Shown here: positions 11,033 to 23,264 of the stretch, piece after piece
How the letters are laid out: every line of letters starts with the position of its first letter
Numbering within the stretch: the first letter of the stretch is position 1
Assembly (NCBI GenBank): GCA_977862235.1
Contig: OZ374563.1
Span: 186,001-250,000, forward strand
DNA from: Dudresnaya verticillata
Taxonomy: Eukaryota
DNA length: 64,000 nucleotides
Reading direction: 5' to 3'
Position numbers and translations under genes: made by a program
Notes under the pieces: generated by a model
What the model was told of the DNA's origin: nothing
Seen by the model: only the letters and a program-made list of their open reading frames with translations
The model's database searches: none

Positions 11033-14000
11033 TTATTGCTCAGCAGCAGTAGCATTTAAATTGGGACAACAAGTACAAGTAAGACGAAGGCATCCGAAGT
11101 AGCACCATTCCACATCACAGTCAGACAAAAGCCGGGCTCGGTTTTCGAATACAGATGTTTGCTTTGCCCGTGCACGAATGTTCCCTATGATGAAATGGAA
11201 AGAGAGTAGTGCAACGTAAAAGTGACATCCTGAGTTTCTAAGAGATCTGCAAAGAAGCTTGATCCCTCTGTTTCTCTGCTCATGAGAAACTGTATTTGCC
11301 AGATCCAACTCCTTATGCGAAGAAGGTATAAAGGATGGGGAGCAACCCGTATGGTTTGAGGCATGGAACTTATCTGACACAATAACTGTGTTCTGAATTC
11401 CCGACCATAATGTGTGAACAGCACTTGCATAAAGACCACAAGCAAAGTCATAGATGATGTATCGCGGGAATCTGGCAAACTTGGAAGCAATCATGTCCAA
11501 AACAACTTTTGGCCCTTCGTCACGGAAGAGAACCTTGAACCCGAGAACGACTGGATTGGAGCACGAACAAGACATCGTCATAGCTCCTGGCGTGTAGTCT
11601 TTCTGTTTCTGATAAAATGTCTTCGAGCACGGACCTAACTTCTCTCTGTTGCTGTAACTCCAATCCTCAGTGTCAAACGGAAACGGTCTGACTTGGGGTC
11701 GCCCTGGAAAATAGTTGCCAGTTACAACTGCGCAGCGAACAGTGTCTGATTCGTTCATCTTGTGTTCGATTGCCAAGTTCGCGCCATACTTCTCATTCAC
11801 CTTGGACAGAAGAGCTCCCTTGTCTGTAATACTTAATTCCTGGCAGAACTTCAGTGCCGTGAACTTCCTTGTTACTGACGATATGCCCGCTGCGACTCTC
11901 GAGGATGCATTTTCATACGATTTGTAGAACGTATCGATGCATTCTGCAGATGATGCGTAAAACTTCCCAAGTGCTTCACGTGCTGCAAAACCTGCTTCAG
12001 GTTTCCCTCTGCGTCGCGTTCCATCACAGTCACTGTAAAAATAGCTGCTCGAATAAATCTATTCGTCCTCACCACTTTGCTTTCATTTCTTGTTGGAACT
12101 ATCCCGTGCATAAATTGCACAAAGGGGCTAATGTCTTGGTTCAGACACATGCGTCCCATTCCAGAAAGTGACAGTAATTCTTCTCTTCTGATACACTGTG
12201 TCAGCGGTCCTTGAAGAACAATATGGAACAACCGGAAGATCTCATTTCTTCTGTCTCTATGGTAAGCGGTTGTACCTTGCCGAAAGGTTTCCGTCCAGCA
12301 TGTTCCTGAACGAACAATTGTACTCAAGAGCGGGCCTTCTAGATGTTCCAAAGTTTCTGAAACAGCCAACAGAACGTTTTCTGTCCTGGACTTCTTTGGA
12401 TTTGGCTCCTCCGGGAAAAAGGACGATGTCTCGCTCGAGATCTCGCTTCCAGACACATAGACACCCGCCCTTACTAGGAAGTCCTTGTCCCTATTCCTCA
12501 GAAATTGCATCAATGAGCGCAACGGTTGTAGTAGTCGATAAATCATACTGTCTGTATGGAACAAGGCATTTGGAAAGCTCCCGTATAGATTGCAGCCATG
12601 TGTTTGAACCTATGTCATTGAAGTAGTCGTTGGGTGCATTTCCGCATATAGAAGCCGGGTAGAAATGTGTAGGCAGCAAATCGGGTGAGAGTATACGAAT
12701 AGTTTGAACGAAATCCTCTATGTTTTGTTTTGTGCAAATGATGTCTTCTCCTTTTGCCGCTCCCAAAAGGATTTTGGGGACTCCAGTCCTTCTGATTAAA
12801 GAAGTCATCGGCTTTCGATGCAATTTCCCACGACCCACTTGAGACGCACGCGTCCCAGACCGATTTAGGAGAGGCTCGCAAGACTCAGAAATGTTCCGTA
12901 TCGGGAGCTGCAGTCTGCGTTTGTATCCTTGCTGAATCCCATCCACGCAAATTATTCGAAGTTCACGACTGGGACCCTCGCATCGCGAGCAAGTGAAAAG
13001 GGATTCAACAGAGTTCATAGTCATTAGTCGTAACATTAATCAACATAGTTTGCGAAGGGTTCGCACAGAACGGCACTGCGGAATGACTGGTAGTAACCCA
13101 AACTGCTGGAGCGATATTACTTGTGAATGAAAGTGTGAGAGCCGTCCACTTAAAGTCCCATTAGACAGTGCCACACCAGTTAGCTCCCGTCTCAGAAAGG
13201 CGTGCGTTGCTGCAGACGTCCCAGTGTCCAGAAGAATACAGTTTTCTCTGCCTTCTGGTTGGATTTTCGCGTCACAATCTTCAGAACTGCATTTGAATAC
13301 CTCCATCCTCATTTCACACGGGCCAATACTGCACATTACTATGCCTTCCTCGCTCAGTTCCCTCGTCTTGGGGTCTCGGGGAGATCTGCACTTCTGACAT
13401 ATGTTGGGAGCTTGTACAATATACTTCTCTCGTCGCTGCGCTGCAAGGGCGACTGCATTGCCGACATGCAGTGCTCTAGAGCAATTGACAGGGGCCAAGG
13501 GAAGGTGTGAAATGTGTTGTGCCGATTCTGATTCCTCCTTCTCCATATCATCTTGATCCTCTTCTCGGTTTTCATCAGTATCCAATAGGTTACTGTGGTC
13601 CACGGCGATGCTAGTATGTTCACAACCCCCTCTATGCAAAGTGTCACAAAACGCGCAAGCAAAAAACTTTCCCTTGTTAATAACCCTGACGGGCACAAAG
13701 TATAACCATCCTTTCTCTCCCAGAAGACAGGAGGTTAAAAGCACCCTTCCATTGTGCATTAATACGGCCTTCGGACATGACATTTTGTATGCAGAAAAGC
13801 TCACTTCACTTCTATTCTCATACAATTCGGCAACTGCTCGAGCTGTCGTCTTCGTAGAAACACTGTATAGAGAAGAGACCTTCTCAATGAATGAAATAAT
13901 TCCTTTAATATGAATGCATTGTACCTTGTCAATATTTCCATGCAGTACAGTTTGGGACGCATGCGTCTCTCCTCGTTCTTGTTCGGATTGTGCATGGGCC

Positions 14001-14956
14001 GAATGAGACTCATGCGTCCCAGTCCCCGACGTACCATCCAGATCCCTCCGCGATGAATTCGGCGAGGCTTGGTGTGCCCCGCCCATCCCGTCCTCATGCT
14101 CAGATGGACTTGCTTCTTTGTCCACGATGTCGATTTCGTCTATTAGAATTCTGAACGAAGTTATTCCAATGCAGGTGCAGAACAGTTCCCCTTGCCGTGA
14201 TATCCATGTCACAACTGCGTGCTTGTCCATGCCCTTTCCGCCCTCTGCAGCAACTTCTGAATGTGCCAATTTCGTACTAATAACAGGGTGTGGGCAGTTC
14301 GGAAGGATCTCATGTGGCCCAAATGTCTTCGTACTGGTTTTAAGGACATCACGAATAATATCCGAGAACTTCTTTAAACGTTCCCGTCGCTCATCTGGAT
14401 CACTATTATCTACACCACTCAACGGGACTAAATGTGAATCGAGCTCCTTGCAGAGATCCAAGTCATTGCCTCCGCATGCTGCGCAAAGTGTCCTAACCAG
14501 TACTTCTGGAATTTTTCGTTCCATTGCCCTCCGCCTCTGCGCTGGTGTCCCAGCATAGCGACGCCCGCCACGGTCGTGCGAAGTTCCAGGCCGGGCTTGG
14601 CGTTCAACACGGAAGTTATTTGCGTTGCAAGCAGTTCCATGATCAGATTCCTCCGTACTATGAATCACTTCGCCGTTATTTTCTTGGACCAGAGAAGTAT
14701 TTCCCTCACTCAGCCGACAAAACGCAGGATCTTGACCTTCATACATTCTCATTACTGACCATATATCTCGCAGCCCGAACTGAACTTCTTCTGGGACATT
14801 TGATATTCCTGCTTCCGTATCAATTTCATTCCATACCGTATTGCTTCCCACTTCTCCTTCTTGCAGCAACGAATGCACTTGGTGCAATTCTTGCTCAGAC
14901 CACTCAGACATTCCCCCACCTCCCAATGTCATGGAGTGTATCTCGCTAAGAACCAC
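11033..14956 (-). pseudogene. KDZ (Kyakuja-Dileera-Zisupton) transposase with SWIM/CxC-like Cys-His motifs, disrupted
   Basis: The C-terminal ORF has GAMTMSCSC..VLGF...EGP, IIYDFACGL, SDKFHASNHTGC and NTVSHEQRN (KDZ core). Upstream pieces have FTCSRC..IICVDG, LFCTC...CIH and CAFC..CEH. There is an in-frame TGA at 13040-13042 and frameshifts near 12.5 kb and 11.85 kb. Confidence 0.75.
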
Positions 14957-15615
14957 ACTTCGAAATTGCTAATGTTGTAGATTCAGAACAACAGCCCACA
15001 ACCGCAGTTCTTGGATGGGCACAAAGAAGTACACCTGTGAGCTCGAGCTCACAGATATCTCAGCTCTCGGTATTTATTTGCAGTTCTCGTCGCACTACCC
15101 ATGGAGGATGATTGGAATGCCTCGCAGACTCTGTAACGGTATGCCATTCGGGCAATTGTAATATTCTTATATCGAGAGGGGTGTACTGCATCCTCATTTG
15201 GATACAACCAATAAAATTATTTATTTGGGCCCAAGCTTCCCACATTTCTGCCAATCAATTACCGCCACTGATTGGGACGCGTGCGTCCTATAATACCAAT
15301 TTTTGTATGAGACTATATGAAGCACTGTACGACTGGTACCACCTTGTTCTGCTACAAGGAAGCGTCCCACGAATGGCGTACGCATGCATCCCGGTTTTAG
15401 CCCGGCGAAAGCTGTGATATTTTGATATTTTGATTCCTGAACATATCATTTGGTGCCGTAACAGCCTCTCGCGAGCCATAAATTCCCGCGAGACTGAAAC
15501 GAACCGAAACACCTAGAAGGTTTCAGCCAGATTGCCGCGTTATTCCCCGTAGTACCGTGTGGTGCGCACTTCTCACTCGTTGCCCCACACGCTTCTTCAC
15601 TTCTTGAGCACAGAA

Positions 15616-17081
15616 ATGGGCACTCAACTCGATAACGTGCAGAGAAGAGCATTTCAGTCCTTCCGCACTGGGCGATCGCTGGCCATCCTCGGCGGTGCCG
15701 GTAGCGGCAAGTCCTTTCTACTGCACGAAATTATTGATCACGCAACGAAAGCGGTTGGGGACTACCCGAACATTGCCGTATGCGCTTTCACGAACAGGGC
15801 GGCAAAAAGTTTGAACGGGAGAACCATTCACTCCCTCTTTGCTGCCCCAGTGAGTTGGCCTTTTCAAGTGGATAAGCTCCTCGAAGAAACTGCGAAGACT
15901 GCGGGCGCTGTTACTACACTTCGACAAATTCAAGTCCTCATCATCGATGAAATAACACACTTGACCGCAGGAATACTTGACAGCATAGATGGGGTTCTGA
16001 GGGAGCTTTCATCTTCCAGAAATTCTTCCCTCCCTTTCGGGGGACGTCAAGTAATTCTAGCAGGGGACCCGTTCCAACTCGAGGCGATCCCACAAAGGCA
16101 TGGAACATCAGAAGAGAATATGCAAGTGTTTCATGCTCGCTCCTGGTTCCTTAGCTTCGGGGGATTTGGAACGGGTGCTGTGGCGATTCTTTCGGGTAAC
16201 CACAGGCAGGCTGGTGATCAGGAGTACTTCGATCTTCTTGAGAGAGTGCGCTGCGGAACATTCAGCGATGAGGACGTCAACAAATTAACAGAACAAGTGT
16301 TGGGATATCTTCGCCTCCGTCACACTACACAAGACTTTGCTTGGAGAATAATGAAGTGGACACGATAAACGAAACATATCTGGCTAAGAATCGCAATCCT
16401 TCCTTCTATCATAGAGCTGAGGACAAATTTCACACTGCCCAGCATGGTGGAGTTCACTCCAACTGCATAAGGGTTCTGGATTCAATGGCCCGAAGGGTCA
16501 TCCACGTAAAAGTCGGGGCCATTGTTCTCACTACTATGAAAACGGGTGCGTTGCTTCCCGGCTCTCGGGGTACAATATGCGGAATTGTAACAAATGCTCA
16601 TGACACGAGTGCTATTTCGGCATTGAAGTTGAGAACTGATGACGACACAATTCACACAATGTCTCCTCGCCTGTTCTCAAGTCGAAACAGAAAAGCAGAA
16701 GTAATCGCTACGCGGAGGCAGTTCGCTATCGTCCCTGCTTATGCTACAACGATTCACAGAGCTCAAGGACTCACCCTCTCGAGAGTGGCTGTTTCATTCA
16801 AGGATATTAACAGATGGAAACCGTTTGGGATGGTATACGTGGCATTGTCAAGATGCACGTCTCTTCAAGGTGTGTGGGCATCAGGGTTAACTAGAGCACA
16901 CATTATTGTAAGCCCGCAAGCAAGGTACTGCTGCACAAGAATTTCGAAGCTGCGAAAATATTATCCTTCTCGAGTAATAGAGGACATGAGTACGTCTAAC
17001 ACTGAATCCTACATTACTGAAAAGAAGAGGGTCCGTGGAAGCGCTCACGCCGACTTTCCGGACGCTTCTGTGCCAAGGTGA
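15616..17081 (+). pseudogene. Pif1-like SF1B DNA helicase, frameshifted near 16.3 kb
   Basis: GGAGSGKS, GRTIHS, LIIDEIT, PFGGRQVILAGDPFQL and NHRQ in the first ORF; AYATTIHRAQGLTL and YVALSR in the second ORF. Confidence 0.85.
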
Positions 17082-17605
17082 CGTACGGTATAAGTGGAAT
17101 CTGTTCCTTTGGCGCGCTTAATGCACGTGCATAGTGGTAGGAAGGCACCAGCAGCAGATTATATGCACGTATAGAATACCTGTCCCACAGAAGTATATAA
17201 GAAATATAATTCCGCAAATATGCAGCAATTAATGTTTTAATCTAAGAAAAATAAATCTCATTTTTTCTGAGACGCACGCGTCTCTGACTGATAAAACTAT
17301 AATTTTCTTACTGAGACTCACGCGTCTCAGAGCACAAAAATAAAAAGTAATTTTTCTCAGACGCACGCGTCTCTGACTGACACCGTGACGCGGCGTGTAT
17401 ATGGTGCTATGTCCAGAACGTCATAATTGTATCCCATTGTGAAAGAGTGGGGCGCATGAGGTTTAAAGAGACGTGTGCGTCGCACTGTTTCCATCTTAAT
17501 GACAAATCAACCTTTATACTCATTATTTCGACTTCCTTTTCAAACCTACAGTTCATTCCGAACGAGTGAGGCGCATGCGTCCTAGGTACTCGCAACTATT
17601 GAAAA

Positions 17606-19392
17606 TCAACCTGTTGACTGAATGCATTCAATCCGACTTTTGTGCCAGAGAAAAGCCTGGAAAGGAGGAAGACCCGTAACTAGTTTCGGCACTCTTTGAC
17701 CTGAAAAGTGCAGAGTTCTCATATCCTTCAATTCTCTCGACTTATACCATTCAAAGTAGGGGTACTTAATGTCTTCAAGGTAACCGTCGTCGTCAACCTC
17801 GCCAAGATCAAAGTGGAAATCAGCCAGGAGAACTGCTCCAGTAACATGAAGGGAACCGGGTTCAAAACGCGTTTTCACATTCACTTTCACACCTTTCCAG
17901 TCAACAAGAATCGCGGTCCCGATATCCAAATATTCTCCCTTCACCCTAACCCTCCCAAGACTGTTCTTCGGCCATGACACAGGACGGCAAAGGAGGCTGT
18001 CCATGCTCGGATTTTCTTCGTGTGCACTCCACGTCCCAGAAAAAGAGGTGAGATCGTGTCCCTCTGTTATGGAGCAGAACCGAAGTGATATATTTCCGGA
18101 AGGAACAGGTCGGCCCAGGACGTGTGTTTGGAACGGGTCAACTCTTCCAGTCCCAAGCTTCATTACTCGCAAATTGTCTTGGAAAATATTGCAAGTTGCA
18201 GTTGGCTTCTCAGGACAGTTCCGAGGACAAACTGAGCAGCCTTCTCTATCGTATCCAGAGAGCGCAATGTCCCTTCAAATCTTACTCACTGCGATATGTC
18301 TCGGATTCTTCTGGAGAAGAATTGAGAGGAGAGCGTAGTGAACATCTCGTCCATTTCTGCTCACATTGCTGATCTGTAACGTCACAGAGTGAGAACCGTT
18401 AACTTGAAATGGGCGACCATTCAAGCCCTTCCTCAGTGTCAACCGTGAGAAGGACACTTTTTCCCACGAACATCGTTCGGGACAATGCTGTTGTACTTAA
18501 TTCCAGAAGTCCTTTGTCCGTCATCTTTCATTTTCTTCTTTGCTGCTTCAAACATGGCAGATACAGCCTGGTTGAGGACTGTTTTCAGTATGAGATCGAA
18601 ACTGTCGACGTCAGTACTCCGTTGCCGAGAACGACAACCAGCTGCGCTAAGCATCAGAGAAAGGCATCTTGCTGCGTCCTGATCCCGAATGTGGAACGTT
18701 GAAGAATTAGACTGGACAGCGTTTCGATCGGGTTGCACTCGGCCTATTTAGTTTCGCATAGTTGCGTCACCAACCCGGATTATACCCGGTTGATCGGTAC
18801 TAGTTCCATCAAGAATGTAAAGAATAGCCCGATCTGCGATATTTCGTTGAACAGCGCTTCTTCTCACGCCAGGAAGAATATTTGGGGTCTCGATAAGAGA
18901 CGCACGCGTCCGAAGTTGGTTTTCGACCACGTTCGGGCCCCAAAGAACGACGATGTTTTGGCTGTCCTGGCTTTGGTTGTTGTCCTTACCGCATGACTTT
19001 GCACTGAGGAGCAGTGATATTTTTCCAGCTCGCGGATCAGTGTTAATGACGTATTGAACGAACTGTGCGTTGCGGCGCATATTTTCCAATGCAGACGTCA
19101 CCAAACTGCGTTCTCTGCATTGTACGGACCCGTATATCGTGTCCACACTGTGCTCAAGACTGTTGTTAGTTCGACGCATAGTGAAGATGACAGTTATTCG
19201 CAGTTGCCGTGGGTAGGAGAAGGATGGACATGAAAGGGACAGAGATATTTGAGATCGGGTACTTATTGTTTCAAGTAGGAGAGGGGTGCATCCAATAACC
19301 AGAGGTACACTTTGACATGTAAACGTGTACCTCTCTACCCGGTGTACCCCGTCTCTGCCAATGAAAATCGCGAACGGGGTAGAGAGGTACAT
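17606..19392 (-). pseudogene. Fragmented hypothetical ORF series of the mobile island
   Basis: Adjacent minus-strand ORFs (18748-19392, 18439-18738, 18275-18457, 17606-18172) with a Cys cluster between the last two; no family recognised. Confidence 0.35.
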
Positions 19393-20378
19393 TTTTCAGC
19401 TTTTCAGCTCAAAATGCACCTCTGCTGTTATGAAAAATGTGCATTGCCGATGAGTAGTTTTGCTGTCCTGATTAACGAAGTACTCCTCCCCGTAACGGCT
19501 GTTTATACTGAGACCGGCTTGTAGCTCGCATTTCGGTTCGAGTCGAAACAATAGAATGCACTACGGGACTCTTCAATACTACCGAAGGATGGTCCCTTTT
19601 AGTTGTGGGACGCACGCGTCGTACTAAGCTAGTTTCGAATATGAATAAGTGCTTCGTACAGTTACAAAGGTTGTGTTTACTTGTTCGATACTCTATACCG
19701 TTCATGAATGCCTTTAAGTACAAGGCTGCATAGTTTACTGGGCAAAGGAGGAGTGCCACGGAGAAGATAACTCTAAAATATGCAATATGTCTATGTCTCT
19801 AAACATTCTCTTCGATCTTAAAGTCGGCTGTGCCTGTTTCGCGTGGGTGGCCTTCAACGGTCAACAATCGTACAGGCGTCATCGGTTCTGAACGTCTCGT
19901 TTACAGTGGCCTTTTTGCTATTTTCAAAGCGCTGTACTGGAGAACGGCGACGGCAGTCAGTATGGGTCTCGTAATGCCGTGGCGGGCCCTCTCAGGCCTC
20001 TCGGTTCTGCCGCCGCGTTACAATTACCGCAATTACTCGCCGTGGCGTAACGCGTAACGCTCCTGCCCTCACCGCCGCCGCAGACGTTCCATAGCCACCA
20101 CGTGTTCCGCCAACTCCACACACGCGCTCCTTCCACTCCTACACTAGCGCGGTACACCGTATACCCCATCTACCCCAAAAACTCCCGCCCAAATGTACCC
20201 CTACTATTTCCCACGTTCATTGACCCCGGAGAAGTTCGTCACTCCGCAATGCAATTGGCCGCCTAAAGCACGCCATCGTCATGTCACCCAATAGTGAGCC
20301 GAACTTTATGCTACCACGGCGCGTGGCGTTACCCAATGTTATGACAACACTTGGCGAGTCCCGAGTTGCAATTCCCGT

Positions 20379-20914
20379 AGAATGAGAAATAACTCAAGCC
20401 ATGATGCTTCCCGCAGATGGACGCATCTGCGTGGCAGAGTCGGAGTCGGCCAAAAATAAGGCCTAAATTTTGCAGCATGCACGATTCTTGCGTCAACCCG
20501 CTGACCTGTCCCGATCAAAAGCTGATCGTTCGATACTGATCTGCAATCCCTCCGAGTCCATATTCGCCTTGGAAAAGGCCTCCTACAGTTAAACTATCCA
20601 TTGCACCAATCCCACGTTTGACTCCCGGGCTCGGTGTCGGCCTGCTCAGGCAGAGCCCCCGTAATCGACCGAGGCCCACATTGCAACCGAGCAGCAGCCT
20701 TCTTGCTGCCGCTTGCCGACAGCAAGCTTGAGGGCGTGTGTTTCATGTAGCTGTCACAGCATCCGTGCTAATGTATGTGCAATTTCATAGGCGGGCCCCC
20801 GCCGTATCACGCAACAGGCAGACCGTTGATGGCTGTCAGCCTGTGGGTTATGTAGTACAAAGTCAAGTTCAAGCTCTATGAAAATTTCAACCTTTGCTTC
20901 CAAAGTGGTGGATA
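20379..20914 (+). repeat. Left arm of a ~540-bp diverged inverted repeat
   Basis: Reverse complement of 22714-23264, e.g. GATGCTTCCCGCAGATGGACGCATCTGC, AAATAAGGCCTAAA and AAGCTCTATGAAAATTTCA. Confidence 0.9.
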
Positions 20915-21809
20915 CTGGCATCGGAACAACAAAGTTTTCTGAAAGCAGAAATAGAGACAAAGATGTTGTGTGCTCAGCAGAGAGGAACAACCGGGCAGTA
21001 TCGATTTCGGTGGCTTTGAACAGAGGACGGCAGGCCCTATCGGTTTACTGTTAGCGATACGATTATAGGACGATAAGGTAGAATAAGTACGATATAGTGC
21101 TACTCGTTCTTTTGCGCTGTAGCGCGCTGCCGATGCGAAGGTTGAGAAAAGTGGGACATACAAAGCCGGCAACCGAGTCCAAGGCGAAAGAAACTTGTTA
21201 AAGATACAGATCATGGAACACCTGCTCCTTGCGGTACAATCGAGCGCAACGTGCTCGGTGTGCAGCGCCAGCATTCCTTTTGGTACCCGGGCAGCTCTGC
21301 CGTTTAGTGATTTTCGAGTGACCGGCGTCCCAATCGTGCATTACTGGCGTGTCACGCAAGCTGTTTCCCCGCGCGGCGTTTTGCAAGACTGCGTGCACAA
21401 TATATCGGTTGGCTCTAATGCATGGGCTCGTTCGTCGCACAGCTTACCAATAAACGGTTTATCCAAACGGTGCAGAATGCAGACAAAGTACATCACACGC
21501 ATCGTACTAACGTATTATCGGAAGGGCCTGCGGTCCTTCTCCAAGAAGAAAACGTTTCGACTCGATGAGGCCAGTCGCCGAATAGAGGAATTCATTACTG
21601 AGAACCGGTACAACGGGGGCTATGCTGGCAGGCACGGTTACAAGCTGCATTACTAAACGATGTTCACTCGACTTCAAGCTGCTTTCAACACTTTCTGACC
21701 ATCCCCTTTTCTAAACAGATATTCTTACAACGCATTCTTTCCCACCAGGCGTGACGCCACCAACACTGGAGAATGTGCGCAATTTTCGTATATGCTGTCG
21801 CCACCAAGT

Positions 21810-22604
21810 CTAGCAAAACACTGTAGTTTCAAGGCGGTTCCGTAAAACTTGTCCACACGAAGCGGCAGCAACTGCCGTTGTACACGGCATGCAGAACAGG
21901 CTGTCCACAACAGACTGCGGTAACGTAAAGTCCAATATGCACTGCGCTCTCGACTTGATGAAGGAACTCGAAGAGCTCCCTTCCACCTCATTCGGCCCGG
22001 TGCACGTAAACAGTAAAGTTCCGAAGGTATCACCCCCAAGAACAAAGTCGCCATCGTCGCTGACCTCGCACCTGCAAGGCGGCACCACAGCTGCACTTGA
22101 TGTCGAGGGCGAAGCAGAGGGCGAAGCAGAGGGCGAAGCAGAGGGCGAAGCAGAGGGCGAAGCAGAGGGCGAAGCAGAGGGCGAAGCAGAGGGCGAAGCA
22201 GAGGGCGAAGCAGAGGGCGAAGCAGAGGGCGAGGATGATGCCGAGGGTGACGCCGATGGTGACGCCGAGGGTGAAACCGACGGCGAAACCGACGGCGATG
22301 GTGTCATAGACGGCGTCGGACTTTGCGAAGCGCAAACTTCGGAGCACTGAGACGAAGCCAGCTCGAGCGTGAGTTGGCAACGCCTGCGATTCCTCTTGGC
22401 GCGGGAGATGCACTTCGGGCGCTTCGCCTTATTCAGCGTACGGCACTGGCGTCTGTCATCCTTGAACTGCTTTTTGCAGGCATTTTTGTTGCACCGCCCG
22501 CATCTCTTGGTCACCGCCTGACGGACATTCGATGAAGCGAGGAAAGCAGCGAATGCTTGTGACAGCGACAGGCCGAGGAGAGTGAAGAACAAGAGGAGCT
22601 TCAT
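21810..22604 (-). CDS. Secreted Cys-rich protein with (SPSA)n linker
   Basis: Signal peptide MKLLLFFTLLGLSLSQAFA, a basic Cys-rich domain, SPSA repeats and a C-terminal Cys-rich domain; TATAA about 110 bp upstream. Confidence 0.75.
   Translation of the reverse strand: MKLLLFFTLLGLSLSQAFAAFLASSNVRQAVTKRCGRCNKNACKKQFKDDRRQCRTLNKAKRPKCISRAKRNRRRCQLTLELASSQCSEVCASQSPTPSMTPSPSVSPSVSPSASPSASPSASSSPSASPSASPSASPSASPSASPSASPSASPSASPSASPSASPSTSSAAVVPPCRCEVSDDGDFVLGGDTFGTLLFTCTGPNEVEGSSSSSFIKSRAQCILDFTLPQSVVDSLFCMPCTTAVAAASCGQVLRNRLETTVFC
22105..22233. repeat. 12-bp tandem repeat (GAGGGCGAAGCA), about 10-11 copies
   Basis: Directly visible; encodes SPSA on the minus strand. Confidence 0.95.
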
Positions 22605-22713
22605 GGCGTTGTGGGTCAGATGAGAACGGCAGTGTGCAGTTGCTTGCGAAAGGTGCGACGGCAGGCTACACAAACAAAACGAATCGCATGTGCAAATCGA
22701 GGTCAAGAGGTCT

Positions 22714-23264
22714 TATACACAACTTTGAAAGCAGAAGGGTGAAATTTTCATAGAGCTTAAACTTGATTTTGCACAATACACAGGCCGACTGCCATCAGCT
22801 GTCTGCCGGTTGCGTGATGCGACGGGGGCCCACCGATGAAATTGCACATGCATTAGCACGAATGCTGTGACAGCTACATGAAACACACGCCTACAAGCTT
22901 TCTGTCGGCAAGCGGCAGCAAGAAGGCTGCTGTTCGGTTGCAATGTGGGCCTCGGTCGGTTACGGGGGCTCTGCCTGGGTAGGCCGACACCGAGCCTGGG
23001 AGTCAAGCGTGAGATTGGTACAAAATGGATAGTTTAACTGTAGGAGGCTTTTTCCAAGGCGACCAAAACTCCAACGACGGACTCGGAGGGATGGCAGATC
23101 AGTATCGAATGATCAACAGCCGATCGGGACAGCTCAGCGGGTTGACTGCCGCACCAATCGAGCATGCTGAAAATTTTAGGCCTTATTTGTGGTCGACTCG
23201 GACTTTGCCATGCAGATGCGTCCATATGCGGGAAGCATCAAGGCTTTGAGTCAACTCTCATTCT
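22714..23264 (-). repeat. Right arm of the ~540-bp diverged inverted repeat
   Basis: Reverse complement of 20379-20914. Confidence 0.9.

Larger units (their letters stand above)
6384..19620. repeat. Dispersed palindromic motif GRGACGCAYGCGTCYC (about 20 copies)
   Basis: Cores at 6384, 6520, 6848, 8474, 9199, 9289, 9379, 9469, 12144, 12843, 13956, 14007, 15276, 17271, 17315, 17360, 17470, 17570, 18899 and 19609. Confidence 0.9.
1..19900. mobile_element. Large composite DNA-transposon island (CMC-like transposase, KDZ transposase, Ulp1, Pif1); left end probably outside the window
   Basis: Cluster of transposon-typical genes, lower GC than the host genes, frequent disruptions and no recognisable housekeeping genes. 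Termini were not identified. Confidence 0.65.

Noticed and set aside
13040..13042. In-frame TGA in the KDZ and Ulp1 genes read as recoding or an alternative genetic code
   Set aside because: The same island also has a TAA stop and several frameshifts, so ordinary decay explains them.
15616..17081. Helitron call based on the Pif1 helicase
   Set aside because: No HUH Rep motifs and no convincing hairpin-CTRR terminus were seen.
20292..20296. TAGTG as a CACTA right terminus, plus nearby GCCGTGGCG repeats (19976, 20039)
   Set aside because: These are too short to exceed chance, and there is no partner terminus in the window.
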